This document shows, in pieces, positions 1 through 13,339 of a stretch of DNA of 64,000 nucleotides (position 1 is its first letter; each line of letters begins with the position of its first letter). Source of the stretch: Asterias rubens (taxonomy: Eukaryota). The notes under the pieces are model-generated. The model ran no database searches. It was not told the DNA's origin and worked only from the letters and a program-made list of their open reading frames with translations. The DNA lies in assembly GCF_902459465.1 (NCBI RefSeq), contig NC_047062.1:4154001-4218000 (forward strand), read 5' to 3'. A program made the translations under genes and the position numbers.

Positions 1-77
1 ACCTGTGAATTTTTTTACTCAATTAATTGGTCATTAAAGTTGCAGCACAAATGTGTGTGCTTAAAGATGACTAAAAA

Positions 78-257
78 GATTTCAGGTCTGAAGTCCTTTA
101 TAATTTGAGATAGAAATTACTTTTTTCTCAAAAACTACGTTATGATCAGAGGGAGCCGTTTATCACAGTGTTTTATACTATCAACATCTCTCCATAGCCC
201 GTTACCAATACATGTACATTGTATTATTTTGAGTAATAACCAATAGTGTCCAGTGTT
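78..257 (-). mobile_element. Family A MITE fragment
   Basis: Reverse-complement match to the family A 5' half (aaaactacgtt..agagggagccgtt..ccaatagtgtccagtg). Confidence 0.65.
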
Positions 258-1291
258 AAATTGTGTTAAAACCTCCCTCTGTATGTTCTATCGGTCTTAC
301 TTTTGTGTAGGTCGTTTTTCATCGTATATTTTGCTCGCGTAACACCATGTGTTGGTACTTGCTGTGTACATCATGCTCTTTATAAGATCTTGTCTTGCTA
401 TCATTCTACGTTCATTTCATCGTTATTTCATGGAGCAATCGATTAAAAAGACCGATATGTATATGAAAAAAGACCGATCAATGTGTTGATGGTATTTTAT
501 GCATCTTTGGCGTTCCATATGTTGACTCGGTGCCTGTGTGATTGCATAACACGGCCGAATGCTAGCTAGGCGCTATGACAAATCATGCGATAATAATGGT
601 CATTCTTCACAATTATGCAAATATATGTTTCAGTACCCGCGTTTATTATCTTGTTTCACACGTACACATAGGCCTACAACGTTGTTCCTGACTTTACTTT
701 GGAGCATGATGGTCCGTGCACGGAGCAATAAACTATTGCTTCATCGTTGTTTATATTAAGAACGACACGACATAATTTTACAGACCTCACGCATCTGTCG
801 CAATCCTCACTCTACAGAGCTTCATCATACAATATGCTCTATGATCATACAGGAACCCATCAACCGGGCACGCTAATTCTACGCCCGTATTAGACAAAGA
901 AACCTTCTGCATGCGAACATATATGCGAAGTGGTGTCGAACCACTAATACTATGGTCGGACGTTTCGAGAGGGTGGTGCAGTGCAGCGGAGCAAACAGCG
1001 GGATCATCACAACCTGACTAAACCACCACCATAGCATCCCTGGGTGGATGGGGCCACACTAGGTCTATAGAGAGTGGCTATTTCACAGTATTCTGGAAAT
1101 CTAAAAAAAACAAACTATCGACACATTATTCGAGAAGAAGACTTCATAAAATACTCAAAGTGCCTGCTTCAGAATAATATGCCTATGGTCTGTAGTAAAA
1201 ACAAATCACAGACAAGGAGAAGCTAGATTGCATCCCAGCTGTCCCTTTTGTGTGTGTCAGTGCAGTGTTGAGAGATAGAGAGAGAGAGACC

Positions 1292-4200
1292 ATGGAGGTT
1301 CACAATAACCGGGGATGTTCATCCTGCACTCCTAGAAGTGATTGCTGTTCGTGGATAATCATACTTTCGTCGTTCTGCGTGAACTTTATAATTTTTGGAA
1401 CTTTGTACAACTTCAGCATTCTTTTTGTAAGTTTGGATGAGCAGTTTGATGCAGGTGCAACCTTGATTGGTAAGGCACGGTTTACTTTCAATGTGATGGT
1501 TGCAGTTCCGTAAAGGGAAGGTACACGTTTGGTAATTACTCAACACTAGCACACAAATTCGTCTAACAAGTGTGTTTTTTCTTTCATCATTTTCTCCCAA
1601 CTCTGATGACCAGTTGAGCTCAAATTTTCACAGGTTTGTTATTTTGTGCATATGTTGGGATACACCAAGTGAGAATACTGGTCTTTGACAATTAACAATA
1701 GTGTACCTTCCCTTCCTTTAAGTGCTCCATCACATTTGCCGGTCTTGATTATCTCACATGGCCCTCTAAATATCATTGATATTATTCTCCCATATTTGGC
1801 TGACCAACGTTGATATAAATGTTATCTCACATGGCCCTCTTCAATCATGGTTATTATTATCCCATATTTTGCTGACCAACTTTGATATAAATGTTATCTC
1901 ACATGGCCCTCTAAAAATCATGGATATTATTATCCCATACTTGGCTGACCAACTTTGATATAAATGTTATCTCACATGGCCCTCTAAAAATCATGGATAT
2001 ATTCTCCCATATTTGGCTGAGCAACTTTGATATAAATGTTATCTCACATGGCCCGCTACAAATTATGGATATTATTATCCCATATTTTGCTGACCAACTT
2101 GGATAATGTTATCTCACATGGCCCTCTACAAATCATGGATATTATTATCCCATATTTTGCTGACCAACTTTGATAATGTTAGCTCACATGGCTCTCTACA
2201 AATCATGGATATTATTATCCCATATTTCGCTCGTTGTTTCTATCAATCCAACATCATATAGTTCAAATTATATAGTGACTACATGTTGATTAGTTTATCC
2301 ACCTTTGACCGAGGGGCCCAACTTGGTGATGGATGAGCAATGTCCAGCAGTGGGAGCTAGTGTACAACATTACAATACAAGGATAAACTACCTCAAACCA
2401 TCTCAAACTTGATGAATAACTTTTACTGTTGACCAATTGAACGAGCGATAGTTGTTTCATTATGTTTCACTGGACAATCAACATTTTCCGAACACATAAA
2501 AAACAGGTCCACCAAAATAGACGAACAAATATCGTCAAAATGTGTCCGCAGTGGACTTTGTATATTTTAAAGGAATACATGTTTTCACAAAGCTTCCTTT
2601 TTTGTGTAGATTTATACACAAATTTGCTTAATTTGACAGGATGTGCTTCTTTTTAAAGGATTAACTTTTTTGAATCGATTTAGAAAAACAAAATTGTCCT
2701 ATTGAAAAGCACTACGACAGTGGCAATTTCGTAGAGTGCAGAATACATGATGGTTTAATATCTTTACTGCTGATGGTGACAGCTAAACTGAAATGAAAAA
2801 CAACTTTGCGTACTGGCTATGCGCCACAGGCGATAAGGTCATCCCATAGAGTTGGTGATCAATAGTCGGCAAAGCATAACGTTTAAAAGGAAGCACAGGG
2901 CTAGGGTCAGGCATGCAAAACTGCCAAGTCTGTCGTCAGTCAGTCGGCCGGAACATGGTCGGAAGTTCACTGACTGCGGTTGCTGGGGGATGTAGAACGC
3001 TAAAGGGCAAATAATCCGGTCAACACATCGATCTCTCTTTTGCATCGATCGATCAGTCTTTTGCATCGATCGATCGGTCTCATCCATTGATCGATCTAGC
3101 GCATCGATCGATTGGTAATTTTCATTGGAGGTGATCATTGTGTTCTTTATAGATCGATCATTGAAAAAGAGCGATTAATATAGAGCAAGATTGAAAAAAG
3201 CGATCAACTGAACTAAAAAAAAAAAAAAAATCGGTTGAAAAGGAGCGATCGGTTGTAGACCCCTGTGAAGAAATAGGATCAGAAAAGAAGTTTTTATTCA
3301 TCTTTATCGATCAAAAAAAGGTTTATATTGGAAAAGATATAGGCAAGAGACCGCATATCAAAATTGTTGTCTACCATCCAAATCACTTAATAGCCCTCTA
3401 CTTGAGAGTGGGCTGTTCAAAAAGCGACTCATTTTCGAAGAGCCTGCCCGTTGGCAGTTTTTTTGTCGTGCCCCTTTCGAACAAAATGATATGGTGCCAA
3501 TATTGGTGACTGTAGTTTGTTCGTATTGCATGTAGGTCCAATACAACCATTTCAGCTTGGTATGCTTGAAGCGAACCATTTGTGGGTTAAAGTGCCAACC
3601 AATGGCATGTCAGTCTTGACCATGTCGTTATACAGAGCACCGGACTCAAGCGCTGGTGTTTCTGATCAGCAGAGTGAGGTTCGAGTCCTTGTCATGACAC
3701 TTGTATCAATGAGCAAGTTAAAAAGTCGAAGAGAATGTTTTCCACATTAGATGTCAGACGGTGTGCTTTTTGTGATGGTATCTATCAACCAACATACTTT
3801 GTATTTAAACATGGGATTCCAACCCAATCGAAACAACTTACACCCCACAGAAGGTTTGTTCAAAAGTTCTCTTGCGACAATTTATTTTTCTGTATATATT
3901 TTTTTATTATAGGGTTGGTTGGTTCCATCGCAAATGGCCTGACATTTTTAGTGACTCCTCTGACGGCACTGCTTCTACAGAGGTTAAGTTGTCGAGTTGT
4001 CATTCTTGCTGGCATGTTGCTCTACTGCGCAGGACTGTTTACGACGTCATTTGTAACCGAGTTCGGGTACATGTACCTCACGTTCGGCGTCCTTATGGGG
4101 ATCGGAGCCAACTTTAGCATCTACTCATCAAACTACCTGATACTCGTGTGGTTTCGAAATGCGAACCACGCACGAGCATTTGCCATGGCTGTTACAGGAT

Positions 4201-7200
4201 CATCTTGCGGTACGATTTAGTCAACTTTCCTTCGGGAGAAAGTGGACAATATTTGGATAATGTCAGTAACAGTTATTCAGTGACAGATAGCGTGACCACG
4301 TTTGTTGTGAGGGGGGGGGGCTTAAGAACCCCGATGCCATTTCACACGGGAAAATTTACAGGCAACTATAGTAGAGTTCATGGCAACCCCAAAGTTAAAG
4401 AAAACACTCCACTTGTTAATATCCACACAATTTTTCAGGGGACAGTAAGCTTATTGGGAGGTTTTAGACGCGAGCAAAAATGTGAACGTCAGAAAGTTGT
4501 GTCGTTTCTAGGTGACGTCACCACTTTGGGCTTATTTCATGCTCCCGTACGACGTCTATCGTACATGACGTGAGAAACGGTAACTTCACGTGAGATTTCT
4601 ACACAACAATTTTCTGACGACCACGTTCCCGTTTTTGCTGGCGTAACGTGCAGCTAAACCTCCCCTATGTCAGTAAAATGTCTTATGTTTCTACCGAAGT
4701 GTTCGTACATCCAAAACAAAGTACAAAATTCATGATTAAGTATGCCTTTGTTTTTTCAAAAGGCGTCTCTTAACACACCCTTTTCTGCTTAAGTGTTTCT
4801 GACCATAAAGTTTTTTTTATTGAATACAGCTGTTGACAATTGAAATGATGGTCTACACAAGTGCCTTCAGAAAAAAAAATACATTGGCAAAACTATCTTA
4901 ACATTATGCAATGGAAAACAAAATTAACAGTTCAATTTTGTTTATACAGTGTATACTTTTTCCTCCTTCTATTATAGGTATGTTGGCGGTTAGCCCCTTG
5001 CTGACGAATTTAATTATTTCTTACGGATGGCGAATCGCACTTCGTATAATTGCCGGTGGGCTGTTGGTGTCCGGTCTTGCCTCTGTGGCTTTTTTGAAAA
5101 ACCCACCTCTCGGAGACAACTCGACCGATACAAAATGCCCACCTGAGAAAACAGCACGGGGTTCCGGGGACGAAAAATCCCCTGAGACAACAACGTGGTT
5201 GAAACTAAATTCACTCAGTGAGGAATGTATAAACAATGGCAATACGAAGGATATGCACAGTAACTCTTTAAGATTAGAGGAGGAGGAGAGGGAGGGGGAG
5301 GAGGAGGAGGAGGAGAAACTGGATGACTTGCGGCCTGGAGTCAAAAGTGGCCTTGAGATGGTGAAGCATCTTGACCCTTGGGCATACTTCATAGCAACGA
5401 TACTGGCTTTGCTTGGCTGGACTTTCTTTATCATCAATTTTGTTAGTAGTTTTTGTTTTCTCTGCTTTTTAAAAATTAAAGATTAAATTTGTAGTCACTT
5501 TTATTTGCCCGAATATATACAAAGAATTCAGAAAGCTCATTTTGTTTATTGATACTCATGCGCTTTTGAGATTTATCACTCTACCCTCAATATTACTCGT
5601 TCTTATTTCTGAATTGGCAAATAGTTGGATACAAAGAAAACTCCCAAAATATGCGTAAAATAATGTTAGTTTTTTTTCTCGAAAGTGTGACCATAAAATT
5701 TAAACAAGTTGCAACAGGTTGATTGTGAAATTTAAATAGTTTGGTGAACTTTCAACAGGCTTATTGTGAAAATTCAACAGGTGCTGGTTGATGATGCAAT
5801 TTAAACAAATGTCAACAGGTTGGTGGTTTAACTTCAACATGTTGATATTGCAATTTCAAGCGGTAGGTAGCGAATTTTAAATCTGTTGACAGTGAAATAT
5901 CAATAGCTTTACGGGTGAAACTTTTACAGGTTAATGATGACATTTCAATAGTTGGTGGTATGCGGAGTTTCCAAACAATACAAATGACTTTTTAATATTA
6001 TCTTTAAAAAGAACTAAGTCTATTGATTTGGGTGAACGCACATGATGCTTTCTCTAAACAGAGCTTCACATTTCGTTCTCTTGAAACCAATTCAGTCTGA
6101 AAGAATTCGCTCTTCCAACAACTGTGCATCAACGTATTTACTGTTTCAAAACAAATCATTGATTATTTTGTCCAACAGGCAAGTTTTATGGAGCAACTTG
6201 GTATCACAAAAGATCAAGTGTCATGCGTCATCATGTTCTTTGCTGTTGGAGAAATTTGTGGTAAAATTATCGTGTCCGCAGTCGGCCACCGATTCCCAGT
6301 TGGGCTCCTGTACGCCCCTGCCGCTTCGTCGATCTGTGGAGCTATGGCACTCGGGGTTATGGCCGCCTGCCGGAGCTTTCCACAGATGATGGTTCTCTCT
6401 CTATGTGAGTTTGGGAGCGGGCTTGACAGTCAAAGGTTACGACCCAAGTGTTCCGACACCCCTATGTTCCGACACCCCTATGTTCTGACACGCATCCGAC
6501 ACGCCTATGTTCCCACACCCCTATGTTCCCACACCCTGTTCCTTATACACCCCTCACATCAGCTGTGCCGACACCCCCAATATGTTCCGACACCCCTATG
6601 TTCCGACACCCCTATGTTCTGACACGCATCCGACACGCCTATGTTCCCACACCCCTATGTTCCGACACCCTGTTCCTTATACACCCCTCACATCAGCTGT
6701 GCCGACACCCCTATGTTCCGACATCCATGTACCGACATGCCTTTGTTAAACAAACCAATGTAACCTGTTGGCAATTTTTATTTTAAATTTGATAAGTGTT
6801 ATTTTAACACCCAGTGTAAATTTAGATGTTTTTTATATAATTGTGACAACACTGATGATGTCAATTTAACAACACCTTGTGGCCATGTATATCGTCAAAA
6901 AATAATTAGTTAAAATTTTGCATGCGGAGTCATAAAACTGACCATTATCAAGTGATTGCATTCATAAAAATTGCATAATTTAAGACGTCTGTTGTATTTA
7001 TTCATGCTATCCTAAGGAAGCTCTTATTTCTAAACGAGATTTCTTGGATTTCCCCCATTTGAATTCGATATCTAGTTTCAGGATTGTTCAGATCGGGACT
7101 CTTTGGGGCGACCGCCTCGGTTTCAGCCACGCTGTTCCGCGAGTACAGTACCGGAGCAACTTCCGCAATAGGTTTCTTTCCTTATGGCATTGGGATTGTA

Positions 7201-7763
7201 CTCAGTGCACCACTTTCAGGTAAAGAATCTGTCAAATATATAGTTTCTATATGCCGTTCAATTCTCATTTAGGTTTTTTCATACTTTTTTATTGTCATAA
7301 ACCAGATAGTTCTTCTGTCTGCCTTTCCGTTTTTTTTTTATTTGTATTGTCCTAAGTATGTACCTTTAGTTTTTGTATTTTTAAAAGTAAAGACAAGCCT
7401 TCTACAAGATTTTTAAAAGGCCTCCACGCGCTTTCCCGCTAGCCTTTTATTCATATCTTGTCTTTTATTATTATAATGCATTACAATGTAGTTCTGTAAT
7501 TAATCGTGGAAATGTGTTATAGTGGAAATAATGTGAATTGAGTAGCAACTTACTTTTCTCCATTCATTCTAGGTGGTTTGTACGACGTGACGGGCAGTTA
7601 CACGCTTTGTTTGGTCATCATAGCCGCCATCTTTCTTTGCTCCTCGGTATGTTTTGCATTCGTCCCTGTACGGAGACGCAAATGGCCGGCCTGTTCATTC
7701 TTTCCGAGGTGCTGTTGTTCTTCGGCAGTGGACGAAACAAAACCAAACAACAACGAAGTTTAG
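1292..7763 (+). CDS. Monocarboxylate transporter family (SLC16/MCT-like, MFS), 6 coding exons, ~499 aa
   Basis: Exons 1292-1469, 3913-4209, 4978-5441, 6179-6404, 7076-7219 and 7573-7763 have GT-AG boundaries, matching phases and sum to 1500 nt. The translation has MCT hallmarks: W-x-I-x-x-SSF-x-VNF-x-x-FG, GATLIGLVGSI, YLTFGVLMGIG, WF..ARAFAMAVTGSSCG, YGWRIALRI and GLYDVTGSY. Confidence 0.9.
1514..1717 (+). mobile_element. Internally deleted family A variant MITE
   Basis: AGGGAAGGTACAC..GTGTACCTTCCCT TIRs with the family A 3' body. Confidence 0.7.
1749..2229 (+). repeat. ~72-bp tandem repeat, ~7 copies (MCT intron 1)
   Basis: GTTATCTCACATGGCCCTCT recurs at about 1749, 1821, 1893, 1966, 2038, 2108 and 2178. 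Confidence 0.9.
3618..3715 (+). mobile_element. Degenerate tRNA-derived SINE head
   Basis: GAGCACCGGACTCAAGCGCTGGTG..GGTTCGAGTCC..ACACTTG. Confidence 0.6.
6449..6742 (+). repeat. 16-bp-unit minisatellite with a ~134-bp higher-order duplication
   Basis: GTTCCGACACCCCTAT units; the variant block TGTTCTGACACGCATCC occurs at 6481 and 6615. Confidence 0.85.
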
Positions 7764-8029
7764 GGTTTGTTTTAAACGGGGCAGATTTGAATTTCAATTG
7801 ACATTGTGATCGTTCTGCTATATTGCTTCACTCGCATGCGTATACGTGCAGCATAATGTCCAAAGTTTTCGCCTTTTTATTTATTTTTTTTAAACCTTCG
7901 TAAATTTTACCACAGCTGCCAAATGATACCTCAGGGATTAATGACAAGATCATCTGTTATTATATCCATACAGTGAACCCTTTCTGTATAGCTGTATTTT
8001 ATTCACGTATTTTGTAAACTTCAAATTAA

Positions 8030-8373
8030 AGGGTTTATGTACTTTTTCCTAACAAAAAACACAATGTCCACAGATTTACATTAAACTTACACAGTTTGAA
8101 GATTATGATAGTAGAAAGCGTACCTTGAAATTTTACTTACTGAGGTGCTGTAGTTTTTGAGAAATAAGTAAAAGTAATAATTTTCGTCTATGTTTTAGCA
8201 TGTAAAAACGTATTTACCAGTTATGCTATGGTTTTTGTATAATATCATAACTGGTTAAGGGGATTTTACATGCTAAAATAATTTTGGTCTCATTCCACTA
8301 TCATTATCTTCAAACCTTGTAAGTTTATTGTAAATCTGATTTAAATTAAATTTTGAAAAAGTAACCGAATTCT
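8030..8373. mobile_element. TTAA-flanked Kolobok-like MITE (second family)
   Basis: TTAA|AGGGTTTATGTACTTTTT..AAAAAGTAACCGAATTCT|TTAA; imperfect TIRs. Confidence 0.55.
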
Positions 8374-9859
8374 TTAAGGCGAGATGTTCTTTCGTCGGTG
8401 CTCATGAAATGTTTGGAACTTGCAAGGAATGCCCTTTGTTTTAAATGATCGAGTAGAGAAGTAGTATACATGTAAAAGCCTATACCTCTTCGAAATCTTC
8501 ATTCAAGTTAGTTCTCGTGCACATGTGATTTCGTTTTTGTCATTCAGATTCGTTTGTACGCAGAGTGTATACTGTTCGAAACGTCGAGAACACACCGGCT
8601 CTTTTCAGAGCCAACTATCCCTCAAAAGGGATATTATCCATGGTTGTACCAGCAAGTTTACTATTCAGTATTTATAGTTACTTTTGTTAATTTATACTTG
8701 ATGGCAGTGAATGGTTGACTAGCTCGGGCCTTAAGCATACGAATCTTGCGGCCCGATATAATTGAATGATCTCATTGAATTGAATTGAATTACCTCATTT
8801 TGACTGCAGGGGATGCTGAACTGGTGAAATCAATCACTCCATTTGACTGTATTCATTTTCAAACGAAACTGAATTAAATAAATATTCTGTATCCCCGATG
8901 CAAACTTAACATCTATTATGAAACTGAATTAGCCGAGTATGAGTGGATTTTTGGTGAAATTGACTGGGAAACCTGTAGTATACACGCAGTTTGTGTTGTA
9001 TGTTTTTTTTGTTTTTTTTGCCTGTTTCTATATTTTAATTGTTCTTTGTTGGCGATGATAATGTAAAACGGCATATGAGCTGACCTACTGTGTGAATAAT
9101 AATTATGTTTAAACAAATAAATAATAAACTATATAGACATTATGTGTTTGTGCACAAACACAAAGCTGTTCTCAGATTATATTTGGTCCGATTTCAAATC
9201 CGTTGTGTAACTCTTGAGTTATAGCTCCACTGCCGGCTGACCTGGAAGTAAATGTCAACATGGGGTCACGGTTACCTAAGGCTAATCTCCGATGCACAAA
9301 GATTATATCTGAAAAGAGGTTTTAACAAAGAAATACGTGAAAGAATAATGAGCCTGATGGTATTACCGGCATGTTAAGAAACATAATACATTTAATTTTT
9401 TATTTATTTTTATCGAGCTAAAATGTATACCTCAACTATTATGTTATTGACTTTTACATAGAATTTATTAAATTTTGTTTCAATTCATTTATTCATTATT
9501 GCTGTATTCTTAATTTATTTCTTGTTATATCATGGACAACTGCACTTTATTGTTGTGTACCTTTTTATATTACAAGCAGTTTAATTTAAATTTAATTTAT
9601 TTTATGTTTGCATTTTTATTGTATTAATCAATTTTAATTTTATCCTGATACGATGGCGACACTCCCCGTCGCATACGTTAAAAAAACTATACAGAATTGT
9701 TTTTGGTGTGTGCTAACGAAAAGTTGCTGGCAGTGACACACAGCAAACATAATATCTGTAATTAGCGCGATACTAGCGAGTACCGTATTTGGTGTTGTAT
9801 TGGCCCACTTCTGGTTGAGTGCTGGCTCATTTACATTTTGCACATTGGCAATTAAATCG

Positions 9860-10460
9860 CCCCATCCAGTACAGTTGCCATAACTCAGACAGGCACAATC
9901 ACGTTCATGCCGATGCTGGCACTTCTGTATTGGGCCATTATAGGGTGCGTTCGTTTAGCTCCCCTGGGTCGACCCGGTGCATGGCGGGTTTTTTTTACCA
10001 GGACGAACGTGGGTAATTATCTGCACACACTTGTCCTGTGAAAAAAAACCGCCACACACCGGGGTAGACCCAGGGAAGCTAAACGAACGCACCCATAGTA
10101 TGTCACCATTGGCCCCAAATTGGCCAGACATGGCCCACTGTGGCAGATGGTTGGCCAATACTCTTTTGCGCAAAGGTATAAGTCAGCACCCATTACAGAC
10201 CCATCAATACGCTCGTGCTGATGCTGGCACTTCTGTATTGGGTCATTATAGCATGCCACTATTTGGCCCAGGTTGGCCAGCTGCATGGGCAGATAATGCT
10301 CACAGCTAGCTGGCGGAAGGTTTGCCCAAATTACACAGTTATGCAGTTCCCATAACTCGCCCAGTACAGGGCCAATAAGTTACGTTCAAGTTGATGTTGA
10401 CACTTCTGTATCGGGCCGACACAGTGTACCACTATTGGCCCGTTACTGGCCAGATCATGT
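9860..10460 (+). repeat. Degenerate tandem repeat (~170-bp unit) hosting the 9943 MITE
   Basis: GATG(C/T)TG(G/A)CACTTCTGTAT(T/C)GGG recurs at about 9912, 10220 and 10392. Confidence 0.6.
9943..10094. mobile_element. 152-bp hairpin MITE, GGG..CCC termini, ATA duplication (PIF/Harbinger-like)
   Basis: ATA|GGGTGCGTTCGTTTAGC..GCTAAACGAACGCACCC|ATA with ~55-bp TIRs. Confidence 0.75.
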
Positions 10461-11270
10461 TCAGTGTGTAACTAATACGTTAACTAATAAAATCTACTAC
10501 TAATTTCACACGTGCTTCCATAACTAGAGATAAACACACAATACAAATAGCCAACTACCAGAAAGCTACTGAAAACAGTAAGGGACCTATTGGCCACGAA
10601 AAGATTTTCTGTACCATTTTACTGAAGTGGTGTGCAGCTAAAGAGTTGGTAACTGTTCCTCGCAAACTGCAAAGGACATTACATTTTTTTTTTGTAAGTC
10701 AGGCTCAGAAGTTTAGCCAAATAAATTAAACATTATACATTGACTCTTATTACTTTGCTTGGGCTTCGCCCTCTTTATCATCAAGCGGGCCCGAAACCAT
10801 GGGCATCAATCGGGTCGAGGGGTGGGGGGGGGGGGCGCCCACCCCAACTTTTGTTAGGGTGGGGACACAATATAAAATGTCCCCCATTTGTTTGACCAAC
10901 TCATATGCACCTGAACTGTGTCCCGCCATGGGCATCAATCCTGGGGGAAACTGATGACACCACTTTCTGAAGGGTGGATGACACTATATCAAATGCCCCC
11001 CCCCCCCCCTCCTTGGCATACGTTTGTACCACAGAGCATCTAAAAAAACAAAATTCCGGGCCCTATAGCGGTGCCGGACCCACGCCGCCAAGGCTTCTCA
11101 CTCGCATGCTCACCCTTTGACAGATTTGCACTCTTCCAAAATGTGAAGACGCTGTTAACCCAAAAGGTTCTACTGCGGCTCATATTTTAAAGGCTTTGCG
11201 TTCTTTTTCATTCACTATGCCTGTTGTTGGCCTAAGGTTGCGACACAGTATATAACATTTTCCCGGGCGC

Positions 11271-11880
11271 GAGTACTACACGGCCCGTTTTCATGGGGTC
11301 CTAAAGCAGGCCCGGACCCCACGCCGCAAAAGAACCCGTTAATTTCTTGTGTGGATCCATCCTTGACGATGATGGTGATGGTTGGATGAAACCCCGTCTG
11401 AGCAAGGGGCACATCACCCCTCGGACGTCCCTAGATTCCACCAGAGAGTACTACACGGCCCGTTTTCACGGGGCTCTAAAGCTGGCCCGGACCCCACGCC
11501 GCAAAAGAACCCGTTAATTTCTTGTCTGGATCCACCCTTGACGATGATGGTGATGGTTGGATGAAACCCTGTCTGAGCAAGGGGCCGGGCCACATCACCC
11601 CTCGGACGTCCCTAGATTCCACCAGAGAGTACTACACGGCCCGTTTTCACAGGGCCCTAAAGCAGACCCGGACCCCAAAGAACCCGTTAATTTCTTGCCT
11701 GGATCCATCTTTGACGATGATGGTGATGGTTGGATGAAACCCCGTCTGAGCAAGGGGCACATCACCCCTCAGACGGACGTCCCTAGATTGCACCAGCGTA
11801 GTTATACGGCCTAAAATTTTCACGGGGCACGAAAAGCGGACCCGACCCCACGCCGTACAAGACGGATTGACGACTATGCC
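11271..11880 (+). repeat. GC-rich ~175-bp tandem repeat, 3.5 copies
   Basis: GAGTACTACACGGCCCG at 11271, 11446 and 11627, degenerate at ~11798. Confidence 0.9.
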
Positions 11881-11894
11881 CGACATGACTCCAG

Positions 11895-12126
11895 GGCCCA
11901 ATGTCATTGAGCTGCTAAGCACAAAAGTTTGCTTAGCATGGTTTTTTCCTTGATAAAAACAAGATTACCAAACCATTTCCACGTGATTTTCAGGATAAGC
12001 AAACAAAAGCTGATTATCAGACAAGCACTATGCAGCAACAACTTGAAATTTGGTTGGTAATCCTATCAAGGAAGAAATTTCATGCTAAGCAATTTTTTGT
12101 GCTTAGCAGCTCAATGAAATTGGGCC
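11895..12126. mobile_element. Palindromic MITE with GGCCCAA termini (CWG-target family)
   Basis: Long TIR GGCCCAATGTCATTGAGCTGCTAAGCAC; further copies at 26044 and 52770. Confidence 0.8.
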
Positions 12127-12276
12127 ATTATGTCCTCCACATATCCTTGGTGTATCGCCACAAGGAAAATCCTTTCAAGAACAGAGCTTGCATCGCGCAA
12201 TTGGAAACCATCGAAAACGAAAGCAAAATCATTTGTTACCTGTTGTATGTCCTCAATGTTTCTTGGATGCAATTAA

Positions 12277-12659
12277 AGGCAGTGGACACTATTGGTAAAT
12301 TACTCAAAATTATTATTAGCATAAAACCTTACTTGGTAACGAGTAATGGGGGGGTTGTTGGAGTATAAAACATTGTGAGAAACGGCTCACTCTGAAGTGA
12401 CGTAGTTTTCGAGAAAGAGGTAATTTTCCGCGAATTTGATTTCGAGACCTCAGATTTATAATTTGAGGTCTCGAAATCAAGCATTTTAAACCACACAACT
12501 TCGTGTTACATACAAGGTGTTTGTTTCTTTCATTATTATCTCGCAACTTCGATGACCAAATTGAGCTCAAATTTTCACAGGTTTGTTATTTTGTGCATAT
12601 GTTGAGATACACCAAGTGAGAAGACTGATCTTTGACAATTACCAATAGTGTCCAGGTCT
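12277..12659 (+). mobile_element. Kolobok-like non-autonomous DNA transposon (family A MITE, ~380 bp)
   Basis: TTAA|AGGCAGTGGACACTATTGG..CCAATAGTGTCCAGGTCT|TTAA. TTAA target with AG..CT termini; many similar copies in the window. Confidence 0.8.
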
Positions 12660-13339
12660 TTAAAAGATTGCTACGACACGTTATGTTATCGTAAACTTTT
12701 AGGAGATAAATGCCTATTTTGCCTAGCAACAACGGCTATCGGGCTACCACAAAATGTTAAAAGGAATCCTGAACTTTGATTGTCCAATTATTTTATACGA
12801 TTGGTTTTCAAGAGGCTGAAAATTTCAACATTGTTAGTATTTCCCATTCTCAATAAACTTTATCATTTTGACGAAGCAGTTTTTGTTAAATTAATCGTCG
12901 CACAATGTTGCATTGGATCGAAAGCTAGCTAGAGACAAAGATCGTATAGCGCCGCGATCTTTGCTAGAGACCAATGAATGAGTATAGCGCCCTCCTTCGT
13001 CTGCTATACGCTCAAATGCACGATGGCCAAGTTGGAAAGTTGATCGAGTGATCGTGAGCAGAGGGGAGAACCTCAGTTTTTGGTTCAAAATTGATAATAG
13101 AGAATGTAAGTTTTGAACCCCGATCTTTACATAACATTGTCTTTCAAACAGCTAGCAAGGTAGGTTGCTCTTGGATCCCTCAACATAATGGAGTTTACTT
13201 TTATATGACTTGTCCAAATTCCGGACAGCCATTCAGTCGCTGGCTCATCAGTTCATCAACGGACTACCCCCCCCCCCCCCCCACACACACTTTTTGTTTG
13301 TTCAGAACCTCCATATTCAACGTCGTAAACTTTGGAGAA

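Noticed and set aside
6448-6786. Pro/His/Thr-rich ORFs in three frames
   Set aside because: They are translations of the 16-bp minisatellite inside MCT intron 4.
7076-7084. Selenocysteine UGA in the MCT gene
   Set aside because: The upstream AG gives a normal Phe codon, the MCT family has no known Sec site, and I could identify no SECIS.
11340-11420. Gypsy RT-like words (GFIQPSPSS, IVKDGS) on the - strand of the 175-bp repeat
   Set aside because: The two words are in different frames, the spacing is wrong, and no further RT motifs follow; probably chance.
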